DNA of 64,000 nucleotides from Folioceros fuciformis. Taxonomy: Eukaryota. A model generated the notes under the pieces. The model was not told the origin of the DNA. It made no database searches and saw only the letters and a list, made by a program, of their open reading frames with translations. Below are positions 48,501-62,458 of the stretch, one piece after another. The stretch is from positions 1-64,000 of the forward strand of contig JBNGIO010005941.1 of the NCBI GenBank assembly GCA_049999805.1, read 5' to 3'. The translations under genes and the position numbers were made by a program. Positions within the stretch are counted from its first letter, which is position 1; each line of letters begins with the position of its first letter.

Positions 48501-51001
48501 CCAACCGCACAAGTAACATACTTAAAGGTCCAGAGTAGTTGAGTTAAGGGACTAACCTCCAGCATAAAACAATGTGAAAGGGCAGTCATTGAGGACGAAT
48601 TTATTCCTTCACAGTTCATGAGAGACAACTCCACTAGCATAGGCATCCGAACACCCTGCTCATATGAACACAAACAACAGAAGACTTGGCAGTATTGCTC
48701 CATCTACTTGATTCATGAAAAAGGGTGGTTAAGCTATACACACAATGTAGTTACCTCCAATGAAATGTTGGGACAATATGAAGCATTGAGGATTTTCAAG
48801 TTTCCACATGCAGCTGAGATCTCACGAAGAGTGTCATCGCTGACAAATGCACATTTTGAAATATCAAGATGTGCAAGGAGCGGGCATGACGTAGCTGCCA
48901 TCCGTAGACCAGCATCTGAAAGTTTATGACAGGCTGAGACATCCAACTTCACCAGCCGAGGGCAGTGCAGCTGTGCAGATGCTTGACTTGTACGATCAAG
49001 GTCCAACTCAACCAATTGTGGACACCTGAACACGCTGTCACAAATCAGTTCACAAAACTTCACAACAGAGTGCACAAAACAAACACAGCGCAGCCCCGCA
49101 TCTCACATGACACCATGAATATTACTCTTACCTGATAGCAATCCGCAACACTCTACATTTCTTGACCACGAGGTAGAGAAGGGAATCATGCCGCAACTGA
49201 ATTTCTTGCGCACCACCACTTCCCAACACAGAATCATGTATTTCGAGTTTTTCAAGGACAGTACAGTCCATCCCTAAAGCATAGAAAAACGCATCACTCA
49301 AGCAGCCTCCCCCCAGCTGCAGCTCTGTAAGGCCCCTGTTCATATCCAAGGCATTGGAGTGAGCAACCGGATGCACAGAGGAACCTTCAATGCATAACCT
49401 GTCTTCGCACTGGAAAGAAGGGGCGTACACACTGGAGCTGACCTCAATGAGCGCAAGGCATCCCTGACGAGATCCTCGTCAACACATGGAGCCCCGCTCA
49501 GATTCAAAGAAGTTGCTTTAGGGTACTTCCGACACAGACGAACAACTGTACTTTCCAACGAGAGAAAGCATGGTATCAAAGCCTCCACAACATGGACAAA
49601 ACAAACTTATCAAAGCGGTCACAAATTGACTGGAGCGGACCTTGCTCGTGGCTCACTTGACGATGCGCAAAATTCAAGGTCTTCCAGAAGGCATCATGAG
49701 AACTTGCGGACCGCCATTGTCTACACACTATGGCAGCACGACAAAGGGTGACGTGGTCCAAGAAAGAGAAAACCTGCAGGGACGACAGAAGAGCCTGAGA
49801 ACAACAAATGGCAACCTTGATCGAGGGGTAGACGTGGAGCATAGCATAGACCAGCACAAAAGGCCGCGGTCCGGGGCTGATAGACCTACGAAGGTACCTT
49901 TAGGAGCAAGTCATCAGTCAAGTCCATCCGAGCCTCATCGCTGTCGACGGCCGCACCGTCATCGGCACCATGACCATCGTCGCCATCGCCTGGAGTATCT
50001 GCATCCATAGGCTCATCCCCGCCGTCCCCGTCGGGTGACGCTGCTGGACGCTGCGAACTGGGTGCCGTTTGACCCCATCCCTCAGGACCTGAGCCGGAAT
50101 CAGTGGAGTGCGACGACGAAGAGGGTGACGAGCTGCCGTGCGCGTAACGCCTCATCTTCCAAGCGCTGTCTGGAAGAAATCCACCCTCCTGCGCATGCCA
50201 TTCTCTGCAAAGTAGCAAACGCAGGCAGAAAAAAGGGAGGCCATGAGATCTCTCAGCACTACCACAAACACTTGGCAGTCGAGCTGGCTGCATGCAGTTC
50301 CCGCTTGCTGAAAAGGGACGGCGACGCAAAAAGGAGCAAACTGTGCGCAAGGCTAGCGAGAATTTGAGCTGCGAAGGCAGGCGGGTGGTGCGACACGAGG
50401 CATTGCAAGCAAAAGATTAAGCACAACAGGAAACAAGACAAAAGAATTGTATGTCCGGCAGTCCAAGAAACGTGCAGGAGGTAGAGTTGTCATACACAGG
50501 GACGGGTATTGGAATGCGCTTGGGACGCTTGTGGCTGATAATCTCACAAACATGTACAAAGGAGCCATGGGACCTGGCCAGCAAAAGGGGCGTCACCTCC
50601 GCCTCGTCAAGGTACGGAACAATTGAGAGGCTGCCCTCTTCCTGCGGTGATGAGAAAGAGGCAGGAAAGTGGCGAGCTGTAACGTCGTCCCGGCGTGCGT
50701 CATTGACCCTACTGACTTCCTTCCAGCGCATGGACAAGGGCGGCAGCAAAGGAGCTCGAGCACGAGGAAGGCGGGAAGCATTCGGCGGCAAAAACCCCTC
50801 CTCTGCCAGGCCACCCGAGAGAGCCGCAAAACCTACTGTTGCCACGGCCCTGGCCAAGCCCCGTCTTGTTCTGCGGACTCTGGTCCGGCTCTCCATAACC
50901 GGACTGGGCGCGGGCCCAACGCAGCACCGCCCATCATCTTCCCTCGCCGCATCGCTCCCGGACATGGTAGCTTGACCACCAACACCACACCACGGATCCA
51001 T
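45543..51001 (-). CDS. FBL15: F-box/LRR-repeat protein 15 (SLOMO-like), many exons; start tentative
   Basis: F-box RMDLTDDLLLK|VFSFLDHVTLCRAAIVCRQWRSASSHDAFW, then many cysteine-containing LRRs (LHCPRLVKLDVSACHKLSDAGLR, VDLTECEALTNSVCEIFCDGGGCP, LDLSYTFLTDL); ends CPGLKRLYSTKFG-TGA. Confidence 0.92.
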
Positions 51002-51460
51002 GGGTCACAAGGGGAGCTAGCGCGGGTGGAGGAGCTACATCGATCCACCCAACACTCTCGAAGAGGAGAGACCACAATCAGCATCAGAGAAGAGACATTG
51101 GTGCTGTCCAGGCACACAACCCCGCCCGTGCACAGCGAGCCACCGCGCGATGCCACTCCACCTATAAAGAAAAAGAAAACGGGGCGATTCGCGAATTCAC
51201 ATGCATAGGCGCAAGTGAGCTGATGAAGTGCAGCAGCATTATAAAGTCACTTCTTCTCGCTCAACCCTAGCCTGTGCCTACCCTACCATGCACCAAAGCC
51301 CACCCCTTGTACAAAGGTACCATGCATTGCATGTCTTTAGCCTTAGTGCTGTGTATCATGTCTCTAACCTTAGTGCAATGTATTGCTTGTCCCTTGTCTT
51401 GTATTGCATGTTTTTAGCTAAGACACTATTTTCAAAAGCTCATGGTGTAGATTGATATGA

Positions 51461-51626
51461 CAGAGAAGGAAAGTACTTGCGGTTGCTCTATTGAAGCTGG
51501 TATGGGAAGAAAGTACTTGTGGTTGCTCTATTGAAGTTGGCACAGAGAAGAAAGTACTTGTGGCTGCTCTATTGAAGTTGGCACAGAGAAGAAAGTACTT
51601 GTAGTTGCTCTATTGAAGCTGGCACA
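51461..51626. repeat. Tandem repeat, 4 x 40-41 bp
   Basis: GAAAGTACTTGTGGTTGCTCTATTGAAG(C/T)TGGCACAGAGAA; AAGTACTTG at 51471, 51511, 51552 and 51593. Confidence 0.92.
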
Positions 51627-51864
51627 TATCTGGTGCGTGATGACGAGGATTTGGTGACGGACGCGGTGGTTACAAACCAACTTTTTAAATCTTTTTCACT
51701 AACCAACCATCCCTCTTTCTGCTAGTCCTTTGCTACTACAAAGAGTTGTAGAGTTGTTTGTTATGCTAGTGTTCTGTCCTAGCTTACATGCTACTAGATT
51801 GTCCTAGCCTTTGAGTTCTCATACTCTTACTAATGCTATGCTAGATTCAATTTGTTAAGCTAAT

Positions 51865-53045
51865 ATATTGTGTTGTGCGTTCCCATACTCTTACATGTTA
51901 CTAGATTTTTCCTCAAGAAGTAACTTCGAGTTTGTAAATGTACTATTTTGTTTGTTTCCGAACTCTTTTCTCCAAAAGCATTCTGAGTTTGATATTGTAC
52001 TGTTTTGTGTGTTCATGAACTCTTACATGTTGCATGTTAGATTCTTCCTTGAGGAGTCATCTGAAGTTATTCCTGTACTATTTTGTTTGTTCCTGAACTT
52101 TTTCCTCCAAAAGCGTTCTGAGTTTGATGTTGTACTGTTTTGTGTGTTCACGGACTCTTACTTGTTGCACGTTAGATTCTTCCTTGAGGAGTGTTCTGAA
52201 GTTGTTCCTGTACTATTATTACATGCATTCCCGAACTCTTACATGCTATTGGATCTTTCCTCCAAAAGCCTTCTGAAGTTTGACATTGTGTTTGTGTTCA
52301 CGGACTGTTACACACGTTGCTAGATGTTTCCTCCAAAAATGTCCTGAAGTTTGTTATTGTACCATTTTGTGTGTTCTTACACGTTGCTAGATGTTTCCTA
52401 TAAAAGCGACCTCAAGTTTGTTATTGTACAATTCTATGTGTTCTTGCAGTCTTACACGTTGCTAGAAGTTTGTTATTGTACTATTCTGTATGTTTCTGTA
52501 TGTTCTTGGACTCTTACACGTTGCTAGAAGTTTGTCTTTGTACTATTCTGTTTGTTCCTGGATTCTTACATGTTGCTAGATTTTTCCTCCAAAAGTGTTT
52601 TGACGTTTGTATTGTACTATTCTTGTGTGCTCCATGACTCTGATATGCAGCTAGATTTTTCCTCCCAAAGCATTTTGAAGTCTGTATTGTACTATTCTTG
52701 TGTGCTCCAGGACTCTCATATGCTGCTAGATTTTTCCCTCAAGAGCATTGTAAAGTTTGTTACTGTACTATTCTTGTGTGCTCCATGACTTTGATATACT
52801 ACTAGATTTTTCCCTCAAGAGTAGTATAAAGTTTGCTATTGTACTATTCTTGTGTGTTCTAGAACTCTATACTCCTAGATTTTTCCCTCAACAACATTAT
52901 AAAGTTTGTTGTTGTTTTGTTGGTGTGTTCCGGACTCTTACATGCTCTTGGATTGTTTCTCAAGATTAAGTTCATTCTAGAGTTTGTTATTGTACTATTC
53001 AATGTGTCTCGGACTCTCACATGTTCCTACATTTTTCCTCAAGAA
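51865..53045. repeat. Diverged minisatellite of ~65-70-bp units (T-rich strand)
   Basis: Recurrent TTGTACTATT...GTGTT...ACTCTTACATG...CTAGATTTTTCCTC...AAGTTTG throughout the interval. Confidence 0.9.
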
Positions 53046-56036
53046 CAAATTATACGGAGAAAAATAGATCGTGGCCAGCATTGCAGGGTACATTGTACGT
53101 GGGTTGAAGGAAGGTGGAAGGAAGGTGTCAGTCGCTAGGGAAGAATGCTTTCTACTTGGTGATCTTAGGGAAGAATCCTTTCTACTTGGTGATCTTACAG
53201 AGCAAATTCTCAAAATGACTAAGTACCACACATGGAATCTACCTTATTCTATTAGTTAGTAACAAAGTTGGATTTAGTGCTTAACCTTTCCAAGCTGGAT
53301 GGACTGGTTTAACCTTTCCAAGCTAGATGGACTAGTTTTCTTCTTTACGACATAGAGAGCTTTTCTACTTGCTGTGCTAAACTTCATCCATGCTAAAAAC
53401 ACATGATTCAATCAGGCCTTGTAAATGCATAAGGGGAACCAATCCTATTTTTCAGAGAACATGAATCCTATAGGCAGTCATCCTAAACAACAGGAATTTA
53501 ATCAAACAGGGGCAATGACCAGAACGGCGTAGAACATGACGCGCTTTCAGTCCAGGTCCAAGTTTGAGACGAGGGATGCAGGAGCATATGATATGACTAA
53601 TCAGACGATTGAAAGCGAAGACAGAAAGGCAGTTCTGCTGGGCTTCAGCCCCAGGCGCCGACCCTCGCGCAGGGGAAAGGATGAAAGATCCCGGCGGGAA
53701 TCCCAGGTGACCTGAAACTGTCTTGTTGTCTGGGCGGCGGGTCATGTGGTGCGTCGGGCACGAGGCACACATGTCGGTCATTCTTATTTTCTCCACACAA
53801 AATCTCCACTGCAGCGAACCGCGCTTCCGCTGCGCGGCACCTCAAACTGAAGGACAGGAGCGAGAGTCGAGTACGTGCCACCTCGCTCACTGTCGGATGA
53901 CGCCCATCGCACGGCTGAAAGCAGCCACGCAATGTGACGACAGTGGTGTACTTTAAGGCATGAAGCGCCCACCAATGCCACTGCCAGGTCTGCTTCTCTG
54001 GGCGGAGTCACAGGTTACCCGGCTTCTGTGGGCACTGTGTACTCGACTTCTGTGCAAACGCTCTCCAACAGTACAGTGGCACGCTGAAAGCCCAAGAGAC
54101 TGGTTAGGGACCCGCAGAAAGCCCAAGAGACGAGTGGGAATTTTCTAGAGAAGCAATGCGACAGAGGGCCTTTGTGCTTGTGCAGGGAAAAAGTTCTCTC
54201 AGTCAGGGAGTGTGCGTAAGGTCGTGCGTGTCCTACGTGCAGCAACGCTCTGTTGACCACCCTAACCCTAACCCCAGCACCGTCTAGCGGAACTGGTGGT
54301 AGCCATCGTACTGACAAGGTTCGCAAGTGTCATGGCAGCACGGACCACGTCAGGTACACCCACTGAAAAGGTTGGATGCACACGTCAAGTTTCACACCAC
54401 AAGCAATGCTGGTAGACTTTGGACGACGTGAGTGAGGTTGAGGTGAGGGCGACGTGAATGAGGTTGAGGGGAGGGCAACACTCACGCATTTTTGCAACAA
54501 AGTTTACTCCACAGGGATCTGGACTTGGCCGTCTGCACCTGGCTCACCGATTGGGCCAAGGTTTCGGACCAGTGAGATCGCTGTTAAGTACAACTCTCCG
54601 GCTAAGTTCTGTCAATAGCTTTCAACAGCAACAAACCTCACCAATCTGACATGACATACCTTGTGGCTTGCCCATTGCAACGTGAGGGGGACTGGACGAT
54701 GGCCACACACACAGTGAACAGTGGAGAGAAATTCTCGTAGACTCCAGGACGAGGAAACGAGCAATCGTCTTTAGGTCCATGTAGGAAACTCCTAGCACAG
54801 AACCTTGAGCTTAAAGACACGAAAGGGGCAGTGCTAGACAACGACAAATGCTCCAGTGCCTTTCAGCAGCGCAAACTGTAACTAACAAACCTCCGGAACT
54901 ACTATGGATGTCCCACAGTATGTCTCGCAAACTCACCAAGTGCAGCTCGAAGAGTTCTTGAAAGTCAGCAGTGGACAAGCATCGCTCAACATCAGACAGG
55001 AGGGATTAGTGACACAGAATCGATGCCTACCCTGGCAGGAAAGACGGAGTGGATGGTGTCAAGGCAGGTAGTTACAAAATGCTGCAGCAACCTACTGCTT
55101 TCGCAGATGCCTGTATATGACCATTTCCCATTTAGACCACATTCGCCGGAACACGGATAGTGTAGTAGCCATCTGTAGTTACCAGATTCAGTCTAGGGAT
55201 GTAGTCTGACGATGAAGTCAGAGAGCCAGAGACGGATGTACAAGACGACAAGGCATCCCACTCCCAGACACTCAGCAGGACAACTTTGCGAGCTCACCTC
55301 GAAGTTCTTCTACTCCTTCTCCGAGAACGGGTTCCTGACCATGTGAAACTCGGAGAGTTTCTACATGGAGAAAACCAGTAATTTTGTCCACAGCCCGTCC
55401 AACAGAGTTCGTTGCACTGATTGTTCCGAGACAACGGGCTTCGTCTCAGTATCTGCCCTCCCTCAGACGTTGATCGCAGTCAGGCTGAAAACACTCCAGC
55501 CGGCGTGAAGCGCAAATCTCCGAAGACATGCTCGAAAGGAAACTCAATCTTCGTGTCGACCGCTGGTGCACCACCAGGCTAGCTTTCTGTGGACGTGGAT
55601 ACCTCTACCGGAGATGCCACGCTCTGTCTCAGAACAGGAGTAGGTCTCGAACTGGAAACCTGTAGCTAAGTCCATTCATTGGACTGAGACCCAGTTACAG
55701 CGGCGGACAGAGCAAGCAGCAACAGGCAGGCACTCAGGATCAGTCACATGGTGCGGTAGTTCCAAGTCCCAAGGAAACAGTGGACAATCGATCTTTCGCA
55801 GGAACATACGATGTTCGCGTACCCTAGACTATATATGTATCGATGAGCAGAGCCGATCTGGTGGACAATCCGGCTGGACGGACATACCATTCTAGCCTTG
55901 TATATGTGTATTGCAGTCTGATTGAGCACCTCACGGTGCATTCTTGAGACAGTGGCAAAGGCCTGACGGAAAAGTGCAGCGGGAAAAGTGGATGTGGTTC
56001 TTGCGTCTCGAGGTTTGAGGATTTGTATCTGTAAAT

Positions 56037-58075
56037 ATGGCGGATCCGGAGAAGGACGAGATTGAAGAAGAAGTGGAAGCCATGGAAGCTGTGTATGGAG
56101 TCAATTGCAAAGTGGTGGACAGATGGCCGCATCAGCTGAAAATTTTGCTTACCCCCAACACTGCGGATGATACTTCTGTTCAGGTCTGACTTCTGTTTGC
56201 TCCCTGCAACCGGTATATGTGGTTGAGCCACGATCTCAGAGAGTGCTGTGTTTTTATTCCCGTGTGCAGTTTGTTCAAGTTGTGCTTGTGCTCACAGCGG
56301 GTGAGCAGGTAGACCACTAAGGAGTTAGTCTCTCCTCACGGCTGAGTTATCGCAGTCGGTGAGAGTTCCATGTCGATTTCTTCATCGGTGCAAATTGGGC
56401 TAACCTTGCTGCTTTTGATGCAGTATCCCAAAATGCCACCAGAAATTGAACTGGAAGATGCTAAAGGATTGGATGATGAAAGGCAGGTAGAGTTGCTGTC
56501 CACTTTGAGAACAAAGGCGGCTGAGCTAGTCAACGAGCCTATGTTGGTATCTCTTTGTGAGGTAGACTCTCCTGAACTCCGACTTTGTACCTGATTGGGT
56601 GATGAAAGATTAGTCTGTGACACATGTTCTGATTCACCTCACGTGTCAGTTGTGACGAAGGACCTGTCTGTGTCATGTGTGTTCTCCTTCCCTTGCACTG
56701 TGTATGCTTACGTTCATTTGCTTCTGAAGGATGGGGTTGTACGACACACTTTTCACTTGTCCTTGCACTGTATCTGCTCACTGTTGCACGCTTTCTGTTT
56801 CTTACCTGAGACCTCCTCCTGGCTGGAGGTTCTGCAGAGTGCAGCTGAACCCTGCGCAGCTTTCTGGCATTGAGAGCTGTTGGCTGTGGTGCAGCATTTT
56901 GGTTATGAGGTTTTGGATGTGTATCTCCTGAGAATGTCTGTGCAAACCATGAGGTCCCTAGTAACTCACTGGGTGCTGGCTGTGGTGAAAGACTTGAGAT
57001 TTGTAATTGCGTGAAATCCCAACTGGATGAATATTTTGCAGAATTCATCACAGAAATGTTAACGGTTGACATTTTTTTTGCAGGCTGCCAAGGATGTCCT
57101 TACGGGCATGAACTTTCCTGACGGCGACTGTTGCTTGTGTCTATATCCCTTTGTGTTGGAGGCGCACAAACCATTTTATAAGCTAAACACGTGTTTCCAT
57201 TGCTTTCATAGGTTTTGGTCTTTCGTCCTTTGGAGCTCATGATGCTAACTTTCCTTTCCTTCACAGTCTTACACCTTCATAGAATTGGATTTGTAGTGAA
57301 TGCCTTGCAAGGTGGTTTCGCTTTAAAACTGTAGGCGGAGAGTCAACTGCCGAAATATCACAGGGACCATCACTTGCAGCGAATTCCGTCAGCCGCCAAG
57401 GGTACTTTTGATGGTCATGTTGATTGTGTTTCCAGATTAACTTGCAAGTAGCAAGGGTCCTGTCTGCGAGGTTTTCGAGAGGTTTCTTTGTTGTTCTGAT
57501 CCTGTAGTGCGTTGGGGCAGACTTCAGGAACCTCAACCTTTCTCTTGTCCAATATGCCGCAGTCGCATAAATGTGGATGACATCTCACACGTGATGGAGT
57601 TTCCTACCACGGAAGAGGTTTGGGATCTCCTTAAACCTTAATGGCGGGTTTTGATTTCCGCGTCTAAAGTTGAATCCCTTAAGTCATTTGTGATGCTTGA
57701 TCATTGTAGTTATCAATTTCTTAGATGGGCTAGTCGCGGCTCTTTCTCCTCCTGGGGGCTTAAGAGTCTAGGACGCTGAATTCGACACTCCTCTTGTATC
57801 ATGGCAGGTGTTTTTACTGAACGGCTACTTATCATGCGATGACGGTCCTGCAGGAAGCTGATGTTCAAGTAGATATGGCTTTTTTTCACTCCGAGGAGGA
57901 AGTCCACCGGAAAGCTGAATTTGCCACCCAATTTGAAGCGCAGAGAGCTCGTGGAGGTATCATTGAGTTAGAACATGAGCAAAAGGCCAGGGTGGTCCGG
58001 AACCTGTTCCAAGCAAGTATGTTGAGTGATAATTCGCAAGTGGAACAGTACAGACTCAGGAGCAACAGAACCTGA
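56037..58075 (+). CDS. RWD-domain plus RING-H2 E3 ubiquitin ligase (RNF25-like), multi-exon; 3' end tentative
   Basis: EEEVEAMEAVYG, YPKMPP (RWD YPxxxP motif), GLDDERQ, MLVSLCE|AAKDVLTGMNFPDGDCCLCLYPF...CFHCFHSECLARW...CPICR, FEAQRARGGII. Confidence 0.9.
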
Positions 58076-59379
58076 TCCATGTGCTCAGCAGCCCAAGTCA
58101 ATGACAAGTAGTGGTCGGAGGCCCGCAAGGCTGATATAGCCCAGGGGGAAGCAATTGGCATAAGCGGGCCCCACAGTGGGTTCCATCATGTTGTCTGTCT
58201 GGAATCCTAACGAGACAAAAGGTCCCATCGTGCCCACTGTAAATCGAATCGAGTGCAAAGGTATTGTATTCCTCGTCTCAAATAGCTTATTCCTTGTGGC
58301 AACGAAGGTTGGTGACGCCTGTTTTCACACCCATACGACAGCCTTACGTAGGCTCATGTTGTGTGCAGGCTCAGGTCCGGTGGCACATGGATTCCTAGAA
58401 ACATGCCCACTGTTCCGGCTGTTGCTGGCAACTGGGTAACAAAGAAAGCATGTAACTGTCGCTCTATCATTCTGGTCATCTGCCCTCGCTACAATGCCGG
58501 CTCATGAAACGTTCCTGCCAATGCACTGTCCTCATTTCTGATTGACTGTTCTTGGATGTCAGGCCTGGAGTGGCTTCTGAGGAAAGCAGTTGTTTTGTTG
58601 GGTACCCGTCGTTGAAAGCTTGTCATCGCAGTTGGTAGTCGAGACAGACAGCTCTACGATATCGACAGCCATGAACACCTATTTCCGATAACAAATAGTG
58701 TATATTCCCAGACTCGGCCTGCGTTTTGCTGGACAACCTCTCTTCCGTGCCCGAGTTCGTGAACGAAATTGTCGACACGAGTGATGGCGTGCAAATGAAT
58801 GCATTGTGCATCTTGCACAGTCCAAGTAACTGCAGGAGGTAGAGTTCCCGTGAACGGGCACGGGTGCTGGAATGCGGGGTTGGACGCTGGGGCTGACAGT
58901 CTCGGAATGATGTACAAACGGGCCATGTGAGCTGGGTAACGACAGGGGCAAGTCACCTCCGTCTCGTGAGAGTACGTAGCACTGGAGCGCCCCGCCCATG
59001 CAGGTCAATGGCAGTGTGTGCCTCTGCGAATTATGGTTGCCTGCAACGTTTCACGCGATTCACGTCCCGTGGGGCGTCACGGTTTCCTGTGACACCAAAC
59101 TTTCTGGCGCGGTTGAGGACAAACTGGTGGTATCATGGGTCTGCAAAGAAGAGCCCTGGTGGCCTGTGTGCAGGAGAGTGCATGGCTGACAAGCCAGGTT
59201 GGGTGACTGTGCACATGGCTCGTGAGCCCCTGCCGACCTGTACCGAATGAAAGGTAGGTATCGGCCGCCCCCGTGAGTTAACTGTCAGTGTCAGCAATGG
59301 CACGTCTCAAAGGCTGCTGAGGCTCTGGAACTTCTGGTACACGTGAACTGGGGCGTCTCAATGCCTTCTCTATGCTGTC

Positions 59380-60800
59380 CTCGAAGATTCTGCAGCGACG
59401 CAGGATCTCGTTATGGGTGCATGGAATATGGACATGAGTCCGATACGTTCCTGTGCAACCACACACACTCTGCGAGTGTATGCTTCTCATGGCAGGTTGC
59501 AAGAAACGGGGGATGGGTTCGCTGTGGTTGCCGAGCTAAATGCCTCCGTGTCGAGCACGGGCAGGCTAAGGACGTTGTTGAACTGTATCACCAGATGCGC
59601 AGGTCGAATCGAATCGAGCCGAGTCGAGTGTGGAACCCCGTCATGGGTGTGTCTTCTTAGCAGCTCCACAGAGAGTGTTTGAGGGACTTCTTCAAAAGGG
59701 TGGGGTGACCTGGAATGGTATGATAGCAGGATGTTCTCAGCAGGGCATGAATCAAGAGTCTCTCCGTCCCCATGGTGCTATGGTGGAAGCAGGTTTCAGT
59801 GAGCTCGATCCTGTGACATTCCTGCCCCTTCTGCAGGCGTGTGCAAGCCTGGGCAGCCCAGCTTTGGGGAGGAAGATGCAGCTTCATGCACGGATGGTAG
59901 AACGGGGAATTCGTGTCGATGGGAGCGTAGCCAACTGCTTGCAGTGAACGTTTATACGAAGTTTGCATCCTTGCACATGCCTAGCCAAGTTTGAATGAAG
60001 CACGTGGTCACACAGATGTGGTGACAGGGACTTGTCGTTTGGCAAGGTATTGACCGTAGGGCGGGGCCCTGGAAGATGCAAGAAGAAGGCACTGCACGGC
60101 CTAATTCTGTGCCTCCTGCAGCATGTGCAATGGTGGGTGCCCGGCTTTTAGAGGGGAAAGTAGCTTCACGCACAGGTAGGAGGCCGAGGATTTGATGCTG
60201 ATTTGGTTGTACTCAACGGTCGAGGAACCATGCATGCGAAACGTGGTAGTCTCCATAGAGGGTGCTCAGGTGAGTTTTCTTGGCCTGCGTCCAACCAACG
60301 TTCATGTCGGTCGTGTTTGTGGCCACCAGCTTGATGAACAGGTATGCCAAGTCTGGTAGTTTTGGTAGACGCACAGTAGCTGTTTGATGCACGACCCAAA
60401 AAACAATTCTGTCTCTTGGAATGCACTGATTGCCAGTTGCACCCGTCAAGGAGCCAGTGATGCTCTCTTTGATTTGATTTGGTTGGCAGAATGAGAGTGG
60501 AAGGGATACAGCCACACAGCACCACAGTCATCACGAGAGGAGCAGCACGCAACCACGTGGGTCTTGTGGACAAGGGCCCAGAGTAAAATTCTTTTTTGGC
60601 TGCAAGCGACTTAGGTATCACCCTTCCCGCGGAGCTGTACACGTGCATGTTGGGTCTCCTGGGTTGTGTAGGCCGAGTAGTTGGTGGCCAGCACTATTCC
60701 TGGATTTTCTGATGCTGCAGTTTGCTTGGCGAAAGTGGTGCAGCATGGAGGTGGGACTCCATGCTTTCGATGAAGCTCCACGAAAGGGATGTGGCAGCAT
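59380..60800 (+). pseudogene. Decayed PLS-class pentatricopeptide-repeat gene
   Basis: Frame-broken PPR motifs: QRVFEGLLQKGGVTWNGMIAGCSQQGMNQESL...DPVTFLPLLQACASLG...LHARMVERGI, and GQAKDVVELYHQM in another frame; stops and frameshifts; outer limits approximate. Confidence 0.7.
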
Positions 60801-62458
60801 GTGCATCAATGTGAAACATATATGCCGATGCACAGATGTGGGTGCAGGGCAGCAAAATGCAGGCCAGAAGGATGGGGATTGGGCAGGCAGGAGCTGGTGG
60901 ACACACAATGCCGGCCTGGTGCACAGTGTCGTGGCTGGTTATTCAAAGCTTCCTGCCATACATGCAAATCTGGAACACTTTTTCCTGAAATGAAGAGTTG
61001 CAGGTTTCTCTCGGTCGCAACATCTAACCAGCCAGTGTAATCCCCCCTCGGCACACTTAAGGGAACTCGGAGCTAGACATCGATAGCCATACTTTACAAT
61101 GTTCATCCACCATTCATACATCAGTCACCGTTCCTACAGAGACCATCAACGAGTCACGAAAGGCCGACCTGCCCATGTGAAGAATTTCAACAGCAACTTG
61201 GCTCTCTGTCTGGATTCCTTTGCCCTTAGAGGCAACACGACTTGCTCAGGGCTGTTCGGGCAGTCACGCTCCTCCCGTCACCAGGACTCTCAATTCCAAG
61301 CACAGTCTCTGTACTCCTCCAGGGCGGAAGCTGCGACAGATGGAGCTGTGTAAAGTAAGCTCATACACTCCTCGACAGGCAAGCCAGTGTTTCTTCTACC
61401 CATGGAAGACATGCCCTGGTGGAAGCAGCCTGACCTCCTCTGCAACCAGGTTCCTCCTCTTCAGGACCAGAGACGAGGCCCCGTGATCAATGATCTCAAA
61501 TCCAGAGGGGCATGTAGGATATCTGCCTGTAGCCCTGTGCCACGGACCATCTAGGGCCATCGTGTTAGAATTCTACAGCATCCATATTCCAAGAGCTCTC
61601 CAAAGGCGCCAACTGCCGGGGCTGTGATTGGAACTTGGATGTTGGTATCTCCGATTGGACACGAGCCGACCTCCAGACCCCGGCCGTTCCCACACGCCCT
61701 CACGCAGGATTACACGGAGCCCGAACAACCTGGCCGCCACATGGGCGCCACGGCAGCCCTAGTCTGCCACGTAGGAAGGAAGACGTTGACATTCGGATAA
61801 ATATAGCCTCCCGTAATACAGCCTGGAGGGTGTCCCGGGGCTGTATCCGGGCCGGGACACCCCATTCCGGTCGTCCGTGTCGGGGAATCAGCAAAACACC
61901 GGTTAGTTACCGGGCGTGAAGATAGGTAAGGCCCAATGCCCTATGGCGGCAAGCCGACGGAACTACGTACTTAAGAAAGGCTGCGCAGGTCCTTGCTCGT
62001 CACCGGCCTCCCACGTCTGTTCAGGAGAATTCGCAGGCGCGGGGGACGGACTCCGCCAGTCTCGATCTCGCCAGCATCCACAAGCTTCTGGAATCGCGTT
62101 TTGTTCCGTTTCCGTCTTGTGGTACGCTTGCTGCTTCGCACCGATGGATGCCTTTTCGCGCATTGCAGAATTTGGTTTGCATTGCATTGCGTTGCGTTGC
62201 CTTGCCTTGCACATTGCATGGCTTTACACTTTTGCTTCTATGGAGAATCGTGGTCGTGGAAATGGTTGCGCATAGATTTCTTGTGGCGCATTGATGAGAA
62301 TTTAGAGTGCCGATGATGAAGCATTGCGGTTGACACGTAGTACGTCAATGTGCGATGTTCTGATTTGATTCTGGCCGAATTTTGTATTGCGTTGGATTGA
62401 TAAAGGTTGGTGTGGAGGAGGCAGAAGTATAGAAGTGTTTTTTCTTGTGAGCGACGAC

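Noticed and set aside
51868-53138. Hydrophobic repetitive ORFs
   Set aside because: They are translations of the T-rich minisatellite.
54258-54274. (CCCTAA)n telomere-like run
   Set aside because: Under three units, too short to call an interstitial telomere or a telomerase template.
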